From Bacteroidota bacterium (lineage in GTDB: Bacteria > Bacteroidota > Bacteroidia > Bacteroidales > GCA-2748055): 54,138 nt of DNA. Location: assembly GCA_030631845.1 (NCBI GenBank), contig DAOVKJ010000003.1:1-54138 (forward strand), given 5' to 3'. Under the pieces are notes generated by a model. The model saw nothing but the letters and a program-made list of their open reading frames with translations, did no database searches and had not been told where the DNA came from. This document shows, piece by piece, positions 30,111-40,197 of the stretch; positions within the stretch are counted from its first letter, which is position 1; every line of letters starts with the position of its first letter. Position numbers and translations under genes: made by a program.

Positions 30111-31744
30111 AGCTCCCTTGTATTTATTCTGAGATTGGCATAAAAGGAAATCTCAAAATCCAGTGAATAATCGGAATAGAATTTTACAAACTGATCTCCG
30201 GCTCCGGAGGTGACCATTCGTGCCTCGATCCTTATGAATTGCGTCTGCTCAAGTGTTCCCAGTTTCTCTGCAGGAAAGTTTATGCTGTTGCTATCTTCAC
30301 TGGCAGCCAACAGCCTCCCTTCACTGTCCACATCCGAGGAGGTGAGAAATACGGGATCACCATCAAAAACAGAGTCAAGTACCATGTATGTTTCATCCAG
30401 CAGGTAGACCTGCATACCCAATTCGATGGGCAACTCATTGACGGTAGAGAGAGCAATCACCACATCTTTCACAATCGAGGTATCGAGCCCCTCTTCTCCC
30501 ACTTCAAATTCGAGGGTATCCACCAGGGCATATTCCGAAAAACTCAGATCAAGTGGCAGCATAAATTCCGCCTCCGTCATAAATCTGCTGGTATCGAGCA
30601 GGAAATGGTTCTGATTCTGCGACCCGATGTCGCCCGTCACCCTGTACGAGAGCGTATGAGGGGCAATGTTCAGCAAATCCTGAAAATTGGAAGTCTGGTT
30701 GTTGATATGAAACTCGCCATACGCCGTTTCACCCACCATATCTATTGTTGGGGCCGGTATGATGAATGGGTGCCCTTCATAAAACTCAAGTGTTTCAGTG
30801 GTGCCGTTCTCTGCAGTGGCAATGACACTATCAACTTCCAGTTCAAATGGTATCCCCAGTGAACTCTCCGTGAATATATTGATTCGCGGATCGGCAAGTT
30901 TCAGGTGTGTCAGCTCAGGAACATCTGAGTAGATAGGGATATCCAGCACTCCACTTTCTGAGACTACCTCATTTGGATCCACAAAACCAAACAAGCTGTA
31001 AAATCCCATATCCAGGAAGCTGGAGTTGATTTCGCAAAAATCCCCCGGATTTACAGGGTTGCCGCTGTTGATCAGAGCCAGGTCATAATCCATCCTGAAT
31101 ACGCTGGAATCACCCTGTTGATCTGTTTCAAGGAAATAGCCATCCAGCTCATGGCTCTCCGACCAGCTAAAGTCTCCGCTGGGATCACTGATTACCATGG
31201 TGTAGGTATATGGGTTCCTGTCACTGTCCAGGATATACTCACTGCTGACAGTTAAAAATCCAGCATGCTGAAAAGTGCTCTCCATCTCAGTTAACAACTC
31301 TCCCCCCTTGAATAGAATACTATCCAATCGGTTGTCGCCCACTGTCTCAAAGCTGAAGTATTTACTTTTTGTAAAGTGTACGGTATCACCAATGGAGCTG
31401 CCGATGAAAATGGGGTTATCGCCTATCTCAGCATCATAATATATTTCACTGTAAAGACCATCGACTACCAGATCGAGTGTATCCACCATTACATCCACCA
31501 GGGTATCGGCATAGGTAAGGTAAATAAGACCATCTTCAAATTCACCTACAAAACCGGAAGAATCAAACAGCGCTACAATATCACTCATGGTCATGGATCC
31601 ATATAGCAGCGGAGCCACCAGATCTGTATGAATCTCCATCTCATCGGATAGTCTCCCCAGTTGAAAGTACTCTTTGTGACAGGAGGTCAAAAAGAGGCCT
31701 CCGGCCAGCAAGAATATCGTGCTATAAAGTAAATTTTTCCTCAT
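30107..31744 (-). CDS. Acidic beta-rich lipoprotein, unknown function
   Basis: Lipobox LTSC, 545 aa, ATGA-coupled to the DUF5723 gene. Confidence 0.75.
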   Translation of the reverse strand: MRKNLLYSTIFLLAGGLFLTSCHKEYFQLGRLSDEMEIHTDLVAPLLYGSMTMSDIVALFDSSGFVGEFEDGLIYLTYADTLVDVMVDTLDLVVDGLYSEIYYDAEIGDNPIFIGSSIGDTVHFTKSKYFSFETVGDNRLDSILFKGGELLTEMESTFQHAGFLTVSSEYILDSDRNPYTYTMVISDPSGDFSWSESHELDGYFLETDQQGDSSVFRMDYDLALINSGNPVNPGDFCEINSSFLDMGFYSLFGFVDPNEVVSESGVLDIPIYSDVPELTHLKLADPRINIFTESSLGIPFELEVDSVIATAENGTTETLEFYEGHPFIIPAPTIDMVGETAYGEFHINNQTSNFQDLLNIAPHTLSYRVTGDIGSQNQNHFLLDTSRFMTEAEFMLPLDLSFSEYALVDTLEFEVGEEGLDTSIVKDVVIALSTVNELPIELGMQVYLLDETYMVLDSVFDGDPVFLTSSDVDSEGRLLAASEDSNSINFPAEKLGTLEQTQFIRIEARMVTSGAGDQFVKFYSDYSLDFEISFYANLRINTREL

Positions 31745-31746
31745 GG

Positions 31747-34506
31747 CTACTCAATTGAATAATTGTAAAGGAAATTGTTTTCACTTCCGACAATCAGATT
31801 GAATCTGCTGTCGGAACCTGTAAAATACCCGATACTGAACCTGGTGGAACCCTCCAGTGGAAAACCTTCGTAAAGGGAACCATCAGAATTGATCAGGTAT
31901 ATTCTGTTCCTGGAGCGGTCGGTAATTCCAATTTTTACATCCGAAGCCGAAAATTTATAGATATCGGGCATATCACTGATGCTCCCCTTCACCTTGAAAC
32001 TGAACAACCGCTTGCCATCCTGCATGACGATATCCAATTTATCACCATCTACAAAAATAAATTCCGGAATCCCGTCCCTGTTCATATCCTCCATAGAGAA
32101 AAAGTGATCGGGCGAAATCTCCCTGGATAACAACCTGGAGACCGATCCATCCAAATAGATGGCTGTGACACTCCCTGAGGTATCCGTAGAGATCCATCTT
32201 GGCCTCTCCTCCCTGATATTCATATCGAGTATAAGCGGATTTTGTGGCGACAAAACCAATCTCTCCTTCAGCCTGATCCGTTCCCTGCCCCGGCGATCAA
32301 GAAAATAGGCCCTGTTCTGATCAACAGCAACGATATAATCCTTATCGTTGACCCTGAAGTGCTGAATCTCCCCTGTAACCATCGATTCTGTTTTCCCAAA
32401 TTTCCACCCTGTTACCATATTCCCTTCAATATCATAAAGGTTGATTTTTCGATCCTCCGTGGCCACAAACAGACGATAATTCCGGCTTTTGTCATAGTCA
32501 AAAAGTGCCAGAGGAGCGGTAGCATCAGACCTTAATGATACGGGATAACGTTCCACATAGTTCCCGTTCCTGTCGATTAAATGGATTTTCTTTGCTGTAT
32601 TGAAGAGGTACTGAAACTTACCGTTCCTGTAGAAATCCACCTGGTGCACACCCCCCAGTATAGGGCCATCAACGGGCTGCTTCCACAGAACCCTTCCAGT
32701 ACCATTGATCAGATATACCTTATTCGCTAAATCCTGAACAAAAATCTCCTTCTCGGAAGTGTTATGGTTAATAACCAGTGCAGGTTTGATCACAACAACA
32801 GTATCCATCAGGCTTTCCCAAACAGTATGGGCCTTGTCCCTGATCTGTGGTGTATATTTGCAACTGATGCTTTGATAAAAAAGATCACCTTCAGTACTAT
32901 ATTGAATAACCACCCCGGGAATCCGGCGAAAAAAGAGCTCCATCTTTTTCAGCTGATCTGCCCTGTTATCACTCAACATCTCTTTTCTATAGTCCAAAAA
33001 TGCATATGGTCTGAAGAAGAGTGTTACATTGCTACGGTTGGAGAGGTAATCTGAGATCTCCTTGAAAACAGGATCGCTGACAAATGTTTTGTGAAGCACA
33101 TTCTGGTAGATCACCCTTGAGAGAGCATCCACAGAGGATCCAAAAATCAGGTAATTTTCATAAACTGTAAAATACCTGTTAAACAGGCGGCCAGCAGAGG
33201 TTCCTTTAAAGAACTGATCGGAGAGCCTGTATATGTTAAAGCTTGTCTGTTTATCCAGCTGATATACATTTCGTATAGACCGCATATCAAAGGAGTGTTG
33301 CTGGAGGTATTGCTCAACCCATCGCATCACAACCTCAACCGTTTCACTGCGACTCCTGGTCTCGATAACAAGAAACTGATCCTCTGGCTTCTTTGTCACT
33401 CCTTCAATGGCGAACCAGGCCATTTCGTCATCCACTATTCGGGCGAGGTCATCCAGCGGATCAATTCCATACTGCTGATCAATCCGTTCTATTTCTGCCT
33501 CTATTTCCGACCCCTTCCCCAATCTATTCATATAGGAGATGGCCTGTTCCTTAAACTTCACCCTGTCGCCAATACCCAGGTGCAAAAAATAGGTTGTTCC
33601 GGAAGGCAACATTTCATGCAACTCCATCTTCACCGGAGACTGCTCCCTGAAGGCTCCAAGGAAAAGTGGAAGATCGGGATCGGCATATGTCATGCCATTA
33701 AGTGTCATTGATTCCTGTTTCACATCCAGATCCAGTTCTCCCCAGGAAGAGAGTTTTGACAACATATCAAGTTTTCCCCATTCTGACTCTTTAATAAATG
33801 GGTGGAAAAGGTCAGGTAGCTTTTCATAGTTGATATAGAGGTTTGCGTGAACATACCTGCCTTTAGTCTCCCTCACCTTTTGAAGTCCGGCTACCGAAGC
33901 AAGGTTGGTTTCAGCATGGATGGTTCTGATGGACTCCTCCACAAGCATGGAGGAGGAGCTGATCAGGCACAATCCTTCCAGACACGCAAAGGTGAATTTC
34001 CCGGGCACAAATCCAGGTCCGCCCGATACATCATACACCACTTCTGTCTCATATTTCCGCTCATTTACCATGGCCCTCTTCTCAAGCAATGCCAGCATCA
34101 AATGTTCAAAATCGTGATCGCTGTGGGAAGATGAATACTCCAGGTATAGAAGCGGCATAAGCTGATCTTTGCCCACTTTGTGCAGGGAGAGATTCAACCC
34201 CTCATTTAATAACAGGTCGTTCAGGGGCTCTGAGGTACGAATCTGTCCGAGAGCGATACTCAACATAGAATCCAGCTCACTCCTGTGGATAATATTGACA
34301 AAGTCGATCCAGGTCCGGCTTCCTGGTAAAAATGTTTCTATCAGGTATTCATAATCAATATCCTCGACGAAAAAAATGACATCTTCAGGAATGGCCTTCT
34401 GGACCTCAACAGGCTCTATTTTATCAAACCGTTTGAGGAGGAAAACCGTTATCAGTCCCAAACAAACTACCGCAAATAGTCCACCGTATATGATGCGTCT
34501 TACCAT
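31747..34506 (-). CDS. Large membrane-anchored protein (DUF3352-like N-region, probable C-terminal beta-propeller)
   Basis: Single N-terminal TM helix followed by AIP. C-terminal repeats such as VDFYRNGK, LIDRNG, FDYD, DMNRDGIPE and GFP. Confidence 0.7.
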   Translation of the reverse strand: MVRRIIYGGLFAVVCLGLITVFLLKRFDKIEPVEVQKAIPEDVIFFVEDIDYEYLIETFLPGSRTWIDFVNIIHRSELDSMLSIALGQIRTSEPLNDLLLNEGLNLSLHKVGKDQLMPLLYLEYSSSHSDHDFEHLMLALLEKRAMVNERKYETEVVYDVSGGPGFVPGKFTFACLEGLCLISSSSMLVEESIRTIHAETNLASVAGLQKVRETKGRYVHANLYINYEKLPDLFHPFIKESEWGKLDMLSKLSSWGELDLDVKQESMTLNGMTYADPDLPLFLGAFREQSPVKMELHEMLPSGTTYFLHLGIGDRVKFKEQAISYMNRLGKGSEIEAEIERIDQQYGIDPLDDLARIVDDEMAWFAIEGVTKKPEDQFLVIETRSRSETVEVVMRWVEQYLQQHSFDMRSIRNVYQLDKQTSFNIYRLSDQFFKGTSAGRLFNRYFTVYENYLIFGSSVDALSRVIYQNVLHKTFVSDPVFKEISDYLSNRSNVTLFFRPYAFLDYRKEMLSDNRADQLKKMELFFRRIPGVVIQYSTEGDLFYQSISCKYTPQIRDKAHTVWESLMDTVVVIKPALVINHNTSEKEIFVQDLANKVYLINGTGRVLWKQPVDGPILGGVHQVDFYRNGKFQYLFNTAKKIHLIDRNGNYVERYPVSLRSDATAPLALFDYDKSRNYRLFVATEDRKINLYDIEGNMVTGWKFGKTESMVTGEIQHFRVNDKDYIVAVDQNRAYFLDRRGRERIRLKERLVLSPQNPLILDMNIREERPRWISTDTSGSVTAIYLDGSVSRLLSREISPDHFFSMEDMNRDGIPEFIFVDGDKLDIVMQDGKRLFSFKVKGSISDMPDIYKFSASDVKIGITDRSRNRIYLINSDGSLYEGFPLEGSTRFSIGYFTGSDSRFNLIVGSENNFLYNYSIE

Positions 34507-34537
34507 TCAGTTCCTGTTTGAATTATGCGAGCGCATT

Positions 34538-34618
34538 CCCCGAAGTAGAACTTCGGGGTTAGCGAACACAATAAAAATAAACAATCAATCGATGATTCCT
34601 CGCAGCAAGCTGCGAGGA
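34538..34618. repeat. Pair of REP-like GC-rich palindromes
   Basis: CCCCGAAGT-aga-ACTTCGGGG (34538-58) and TCCTCGCAGC-aa-GCTGCGAGGA (34597-618), each starting within an ATTCC motif. Confidence 0.65.
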
Positions 34619-34721
34619 GAGTCAATCAAAAATATGAATTTCATAGGCAGGATCATTGGAAAATTACCAACACCAAAAATTGGTATAGTTTTTGTAATAA
34701 TATTGCGTATTTTCTCAGCGC

Positions 34722-37112
34722 ATGATATTTCGTACTCTCTTCATAATAAGCATATTAGTTTCTGCAGCAGTGGCGAAAGGTCAGCAGGTACAGGTAATCA
34801 ACTCCTCCGATCATACACCCATTGAAAATGTGGCAGTATTTAATATCACCAGGGAGAGGGCAGCCATTACTGACTCTCTGGGTATGATTGACATATCGAT
34901 ATTCCCTGACAGTGATACCATTGTCTTTCAACACCCTTCCTATCTAACAAAGAGATACAGCCGGTCAGATATTACCGGTCAGCAACAGGTGCTACTACAA
35001 AGCAAAAGGATCCTGATTGATGAGTATGTTATTTCTGCTTCCAAATACAGGGAGAGCCGCCTGATCATCCCCTATATGGTGGATGTACTGAAGGAAAATG
35101 TACTGATGGAGTCAACTGGACTTACTTCGGCCGATATTCTGGAAGAGACAGGAAATATTATGGTTCAGAGAACCCAGGGAGGGGGAGGAAGCCCAATTCT
35201 GCGGGGATTTGAAGCCAACAAGATCCTGCTTGTGGTTGACGGGGTAAGGTTAAACAATGCCATCTACAGGAACGGACATCTCCAGAACTCCATCACCATC
35301 GATCACTCCATTCTCGAACGGACAGAGGTAATTTTCGGACCCACATCCATTATGTATGGAAGTGATGCACTCGGTGGTGTGATCCATTACTATACAAAGG
35401 ATCCTCAGATGGGCAATGACAGCACGACCCGGTTTAATGCCAATGCCTATATGCAATATGCATCGGTCATGAATGGCAAAATGGGTCATCTCGATTTTAC
35501 AATTGGGAAAAAACGCTGGGCCTCACTTACCAGTGTTACTTACAAGGAGTTGGGCGACATCAGGATCGGCAGCAGGAGAAATCCAACCCTGGATAACTGG
35601 GGGAAGTTGATGCACTTCGTGGACCAGGTGGATGGTGTGGATTCAACCATAATCAATGAAAATCCGCTTATTCAGAAAAATACAGGCTACAGACAGATGG
35701 ATATCCTGCAGAAAATCAGGTATACACCTTCACAGTATGTGGACTGGATCCTGAATATGCACTACTCCACCTCATCTGATATCGACCGGACTGATAATCT
35801 AAATGACTACAGCGGGGAGAACCTGAAATACGCTCAATATTACTATGGTCCCCAGAACAGGTTCCTGGTCTCCCTGAAAAATGTTCTGAAAAAAGACAAC
35901 CCGATCTTCACCAATATGACCACCCTGGCATCGTTCCAAAGAATAGATGAGGACCGTTATTCACGTAAATTCAGGAACGAAGAGCTGCTGGCTCAACAGG
36001 AAGATGTGAAGGTATTCAGTCTGAACCTCGACCTGGTAAAGATGTGGGGGACCAAGCACAAACTGCATTATGGTGCAGAAATAAACCACAACCTGGTAGA
36101 ATCAAAGGCATGGTATGAAAACATCCTTACTGGTAACCGACAGGCAGCACAGACCCGTTACCCCGAGGGAGGAAGCCAGACCTGGAGTGCGTCGGCCTAT
36201 GCCAGTTATAAATGGATCCTTCATGATAAACTGGTGCTGAATGTTGGGGCCAGGTACAACTGGGGAGCCATGCATTCAGTGTTTACCAACCCGCTGCTCC
36301 CTTATGATCGGATCAGCATGAACCACGGAGCCCTCTCCGGGAGTGTCGGAATGGTCTATTCTCCATCGGATCGCTGGCAGCTGAACATCATCTCTTCCTC
36401 TGGTTTTAGAAATCCCAATGTGGACGACTACGGCAAAGTGAGGGCAAAGGAGGAGTATGTGACTGTTCCCAACCCCGATCTCTCTCCCGAGTATACATAC
36501 AATGCTGAGGTTGGAATCAACAGGTTTATTGAAGATTATATGAAGATTCAGCTGGTGGGTTTCTTTACCTATCTGGACGATGCCATCGTCAGAACCGGCT
36601 ACCAGCTGAATGGGGAGGACTCGCTCAATTATGATGGTGATCTATACAGGATAACAGCCAATTACAATACAGGAGAGGCATATATATATGGTGCCTCCAT
36701 GGGCATTACCTCCAACCTGAACAAAAATATCAGCCTGAAAGGAACCATCAACTATACTAAGGGACACAATCTGTCCGATGATGTTCCGCTTGGACATATT
36801 CCTCCCATATTTGGCCGAACCTCCTTCACTTACAGGAAGAGCAGGTTTTTCTTAGACACCTATTTTCTGTATCAGGGATGGAAAAACAGAGAGGATTTTT
36901 CGCCTTTTGGAGAGGACAATGAGGGGGAAGCCATGGAGTATGGATTCCCCTCATGGTGGACCGCCAATATCAAGGTGGGGTTTGAGGCTGGAAAATATTT
37001 TGATTTTATGCTGGCGGTAGAGAACTTGTTCGACCAGTTCTACAAACCTTATGCTGCAGGAGTGAGTGCCCCCGGACGTAACTTTGTGGTCACAGCCAGG
37101 TTTACCATCTAA
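34722..37112 (+). CDS. TonB-dependent receptor
   Basis: Signal peptide, N-terminal Cna-B-like domain, plug motifs ([23 protein letters not shown]), NLFD and PGRNF. Substrate unknown. Confidence 0.92.
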   Translation: MIFRTLFIISILVSAAVAKGQQVQVINSSDHTPIENVAVFNITRERAAITDSLGMIDISIFPDSDTIVFQHPSYLTKRYSRSDITGQQQVLLQSKRILIDEYVISASKYRESRLIIPYMVDVLKENVLMESTGLTSADILEETGNIMVQRTQGGGGSPILRGFEANKILLVVDGVRLNNAIYRNGHLQNSITIDHSILERTEVIFGPTSIMYGSDALGGVIHYYTKDPQMGNDSTTRFNANAYMQYASVMNGKMGHLDFTIGKKRWASLTSVTYKELGDIRIGSRRNPTLDNWGKLMHFVDQVDGVDSTIINENPLIQKNTGYRQMDILQKIRYTPSQYVDWILNMHYSTSSDIDRTDNLNDYSGENLKYAQYYYGPQNRFLVSLKNVLKKDNPIFTNMTTLASFQRIDEDRYSRKFRNEELLAQQEDVKVFSLNLDLVKMWGTKHKLHYGAEINHNLVESKAWYENILTGNRQAAQTRYPEGGSQTWSASAYASYKWILHDKLVLNVGARYNWGAMHSVFTNPLLPYDRISMNHGALSGSVGMVYSPSDRWQLNIISSSGFRNPNVDDYGKVRAKEEYVTVPNPDLSPEYTYNAEVGINRFIEDYMKIQLVGFFTYLDDAIVRTGYQLNGEDSLNYDGDLYRITANYNTGEAYIYGASMGITSNLNKNISLKGTINYTKGHNLSDDVPLGHIPPIFGRTSFTYRKSRFFLDTYFLYQGWKNREDFSPFGEDNEGEAMEYGFPSWWTANIKVGFEAGKYFDFMLAVENLFDQFYKPYAAGVSAPGRNFVVTARFTI

Positions 37113-37147
37113 ACCGTTGCTCCACTCCTCCACTTTTGGTAACTTTC

Positions 37148-37831
37148 ATGCCTATGCAAACAATCAATCCAGTCATTGAAGAGGGGTGGAAATCAGTTCT
37201 GATGGATCAGTTCCAGTCACCCTATTTTAAAACACTCAAAGAGTTCCTGGTGGAAGAGAAAAAAAAATATACCCTCTACCCGCCGGGCCGGCTTATTTTT
37301 AATGCCTTTCAGCGCACTCCTTTTAACCGGGTAAAGGTGGTTATCCTGGGACAGGATCCATACCATGGCAAAGGGCAGGCCCACGGATTGTGTTTCTCTG
37401 TCCCTCAGGGCATTCCCAAACCTCCCTCTCTGGTCAACATCTTCAAAGAGCTGCAATCGGACCTGGGCACTCCCATACCGGAACATGGCAGCCTGGAAAA
37501 ATGGGCCGACCAGGGGGTCCTGCTGATCAATGCCACACTGACTGTACGTGACAGCCAGGCTGGATCTCACCAGAAAAGAGGATGGGAAACCTTTACCAAC
37601 CGGGTTATTGAGATCGTATCACAGGAAAAAAACGGGGTGGTCTTTTTGCTCTGGGGTCGATATGCACAGGCCAAGGAGTCCCTTATTGACGGAAACAGAC
37701 ATCTTGTTCTAAAGGCAGCCCACCCATCGCCGCTCTCCGCCTACAATGGATTCTTCGGTTGCCGGCACTTTTCAAAAACCAATGACTACCTTGAAAAACA
37801 TGAAAATACCGGGATTGATTGGACGCTGTAG
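37148..37831 (+). CDS. ung: Uracil-DNA glycosylase (family 1)
   Basis: GQDPYH, PPSL, VFLLWG and HPSPLS motifs. Start is at 37148 or 37154. Confidence 0.97.
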   Translation: MPMQTINPVIEEGWKSVLMDQFQSPYFKTLKEFLVEEKKKYTLYPPGRLIFNAFQRTPFNRVKVVILGQDPYHGKGQAHGLCFSVPQGIPKPPSLVNIFKELQSDLGTPIPEHGSLEKWADQGVLLINATLTVRDSQAGSHQKRGWETFTNRVIEIVSQEKNGVVFLLWGRYAQAKESLIDGNRHLVLKAAHPSPLSAYNGFFGCRHFSKTNDYLEKHENTGIDWTL

Positions 37832-37836
37832 CGTTT

Positions 37837-37853
37837 TTGGCACGCAATTTGTT
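37837..37853 (+). promoter_or_regulatory. Putative sigma54 (-24/-12) promoter
   Basis: TTGGCACGCAATTTGT: GG-N10-GT, one mismatch from the TGGCACG-N4-TTGC consensus. Confidence 0.6.
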
Positions 37854-37863
37854 TTATACTAAG

Positions 37864-37935
37864 CGACAGTTCATCCATCATATCCCTGAACATTTAGGGC
37901 CAGGTCCGTCTCCACAGGCGGACTTTTACTTTTTT
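37864..37935 (+). ncRNA. Candidate ~70-nt small RNA
   Basis: Lies between the putative sigma54 promoter and an intrinsic terminator. Has an internal hairpin at 37884-37899 and no ATG. Confidence 0.4.
37904..37935 (+). terminator. Intrinsic terminator
   Basis: GTCCGTCT-ccac-AGGCGGAC followed by TTTTACTTTTTT. Confidence 0.75.
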
Positions 37936-37993
37936 ATCTCCCTGATATTTCATTTCTCTTCATAATATCTTCAGGGTATTCGTCTCGCAGCTT

Positions 37994-38016
37994 AAAAACG
38001 GCACAAGCGCCGTTTT
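37994..38016 (-). terminator. Probable terminator of the TPR gene
   Basis: AAAACGGC-N6-GCCGTTTT inverted repeat; T5 tail on the minus strand. Confidence 0.5.
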
Positions 38017-38104
38017 GTAGGCTTTCTCCTGGAATACCCATTCGATATATGAATGGATGGGAATGAGGATTACCTGGTGTGATAAAAACTGGGAGGTGGT
38101 GAGC

Positions 38105-39922
38105 CTACTTAGATTGAGAGGCCATAAAGTCATCATAGGCTTTATGACCGGTACGTTCGTAAAGATCCCAGTAGCGATCATTCTCTTTCAGGTTATCGAA
38201 GGCAGGATCGACCTTCAACCATGGGAATTCCGGACTCCGGTTTTCATAAGCTTTTTCCAACCAGTAGAAGGCAGAATCTCCGTCACCGATCCAGCTATAG
38301 AACCATCCGGTATAATATGCGGGACTTCCCGCTGCTGTTTTATCGCTTTTTTGTATCAAATTCTTAATAATTGATCTTGCCCGTTCAGCTTTCGATGTTT
38401 TGTAGTAGGCTAACGCCAGACCGGCCTGGAACCTTGGCAACATTATATAAAATGTATCATTGGCCATGGCTGATTCCAGAAAAACCAGGGCCGAATCAAA
38501 CTCCTCATTCCAGATATATGCATCTCCTATCTCGCAGTAATTTATCCAGTTGCCGGAATTCCTGTAAACCTCAGACATACTGTCTATTAGCCTATTCGCT
38601 TCAGTTTTATTGCCTTTTAAGAAATGTGCTCTGAATGGTATTGTATTAAGGTAAACTGAGGAACTGAAAGGAAAAAGTAGCGCATCATCCAGTCGATTCA
38701 TCTTTAAATAGAACTGTGCCAATAGATCATAGTTCATAGGTTTATTGGGCTCAAGTTCATTGATTTTCACATATTCTTCCTCAGCCTTAATGAAATCCCA
38801 TTTTACCCATTCATAAATATTTGCCATCCCTAAATGAGCTGCAGAGCTATTCTTATCCAGTTCAAGTGCTTTTTCAAGAAATGGGGTTGCCTCCCAAACT
38901 GCTGAAGTGATCTCTTTCGTGCCAGCATATACTCCTAAATATAAGTTCCAGATGCCTGCCCATGCATATGCATTGGCATACTCAGGATCTAACTCGATAG
39001 CTTTTTGAGCTAAAGAGATTATTGGATCGACAGTCGGTGATTCTAATGTACTAAATGTATAAATAGCTTGTTGTAAGAGTTCGTAAGCCTCCTGGTTTGT
39101 AGTGGGGATCTTTTCAATTTTTTGTCTTTCGTTATCTGTTAAATATACTTTTACATGATCAGCAATTTGCAATGCAATATCAGACTGAATTGCAATTATC
39201 TCTTTATAGGGTTGATCATATTCATTTTGCCAGATACGTTTGTCAGTGCTTGCCTCGATCAATTTTGCCGTCACTCTTAACTGCTCCCCAATCTTCGTAT
39301 AAGTGCCTTCAAGAATGAAATTCACTCCTAGCTCTTCGGCAATCTCTGTAATGTTTTTTTCGGAATCCTTATAGTTCAAAATAGAAGTCAGTGACACTAC
39401 CTTGTCAAAGGATTCTATTTTGTATAGATGGTTCATGATCTCATCGGTCAAACCATAGCACATGTATTCCTGCTCAGTATCCGTACTGAAGTTGTGGAAA
39501 GGTAGTACGGCTATGGATTTTTCAAGCTCAGGGCTCACCTCAGATCTGTTGCTGCCTGCTACGATATGAATTAGTATTAATCCGGCAATCACCAAAAAGC
39601 TGATATAGCTGGCAATCTTCCAACCATTTGAGGTGGCCGGTGCACTTTCGTGCTGAACATCAACAACCGGTTTGGTTTTTTCTATGCCCGTGGGGGTTGC
39701 ATCATAGATCCAGGAAAGGATGACTGCAATTACAAAGCCAATACATAGCAGAACGATAACCATGGTCAGCGTCCACTCGGGAAGCTTCAACGGTTCAACA
39801 ATGATGGATGACACTTCAAGGATCACAAATGCAGCAGCTGCATACACGGTAATCACTCGTGTTACTTTCCTGCGTTTCAGTTCCTGCCAGAAATGTGAAA
39901 GCTTAATAGGATTACTAGACAT
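38105..39922 (-). CDS. Membrane-anchored TolB-N-like (SIAVLPF) plus TPR protein
   Basis: FWQELKRRKV, three hydrophobic segments, KSIAVLPF, IAEELGV.FILEG, LRVTAKLI, TPR repeats (ALELD) and C-terminal LKVDPAFDNL. Confidence 0.85.
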   Translation of the reverse strand: MSSNPIKLSHFWQELKRRKVTRVITVYAAAAFVILEVSSIIVEPLKLPEWTLTMVIVLLCIGFVIAVILSWIYDATPTGIEKTKPVVDVQHESAPATSNGWKIASYISFLVIAGLILIHIVAGSNRSEVSPELEKSIAVLPFHNFSTDTEQEYMCYGLTDEIMNHLYKIESFDKVVSLTSILNYKDSEKNITEIAEELGVNFILEGTYTKIGEQLRVTAKLIEASTDKRIWQNEYDQPYKEIIAIQSDIALQIADHVKVYLTDNERQKIEKIPTTNQEAYELLQQAIYTFSTLESPTVDPIISLAQKAIELDPEYANAYAWAGIWNLYLGVYAGTKEITSAVWEATPFLEKALELDKNSSAAHLGMANIYEWVKWDFIKAEEEYVKINELEPNKPMNYDLLAQFYLKMNRLDDALLFPFSSSVYLNTIPFRAHFLKGNKTEANRLIDSMSEVYRNSGNWINYCEIGDAYIWNEEFDSALVFLESAMANDTFYIMLPRFQAGLALAYYKTSKAERARSIIKNLIQKSDKTAAGSPAYYTGWFYSWIGDGDSAFYWLEKAYENRSPEFPWLKVDPAFDNLKENDRYWDLYERTGHKAYDDFMASQSK

Positions 39923-40197
39923 TCAGGGTTGATAATTGATCACATGCAATATACAGACTTATGAAATGTGAGTCAAATGTACCGTTTGACCACATATTCT
40001 AAAGGTTTTCCAACAACCGATCCGGTTTCAACAATGATAATGGTAATGTTCATAACATTAAAGCTAATAACGGCAACAGAAAAGTACCATCCGTTGACGA
40101 AAACTTGAGGTGCCTATCTGACACCTCAAATTATTAGCATCACAAAATATGATCCTTGAATAGGTGATACACTTTTGAAATAAAAAAAGTCAATAAC

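Noticed and set aside
34507-34721. Possible cobalamin or TPP riboswitch ahead of the TonB receptor
   Set aside because: No B12-box or TPP consensus is seen; only two simple palindromes.
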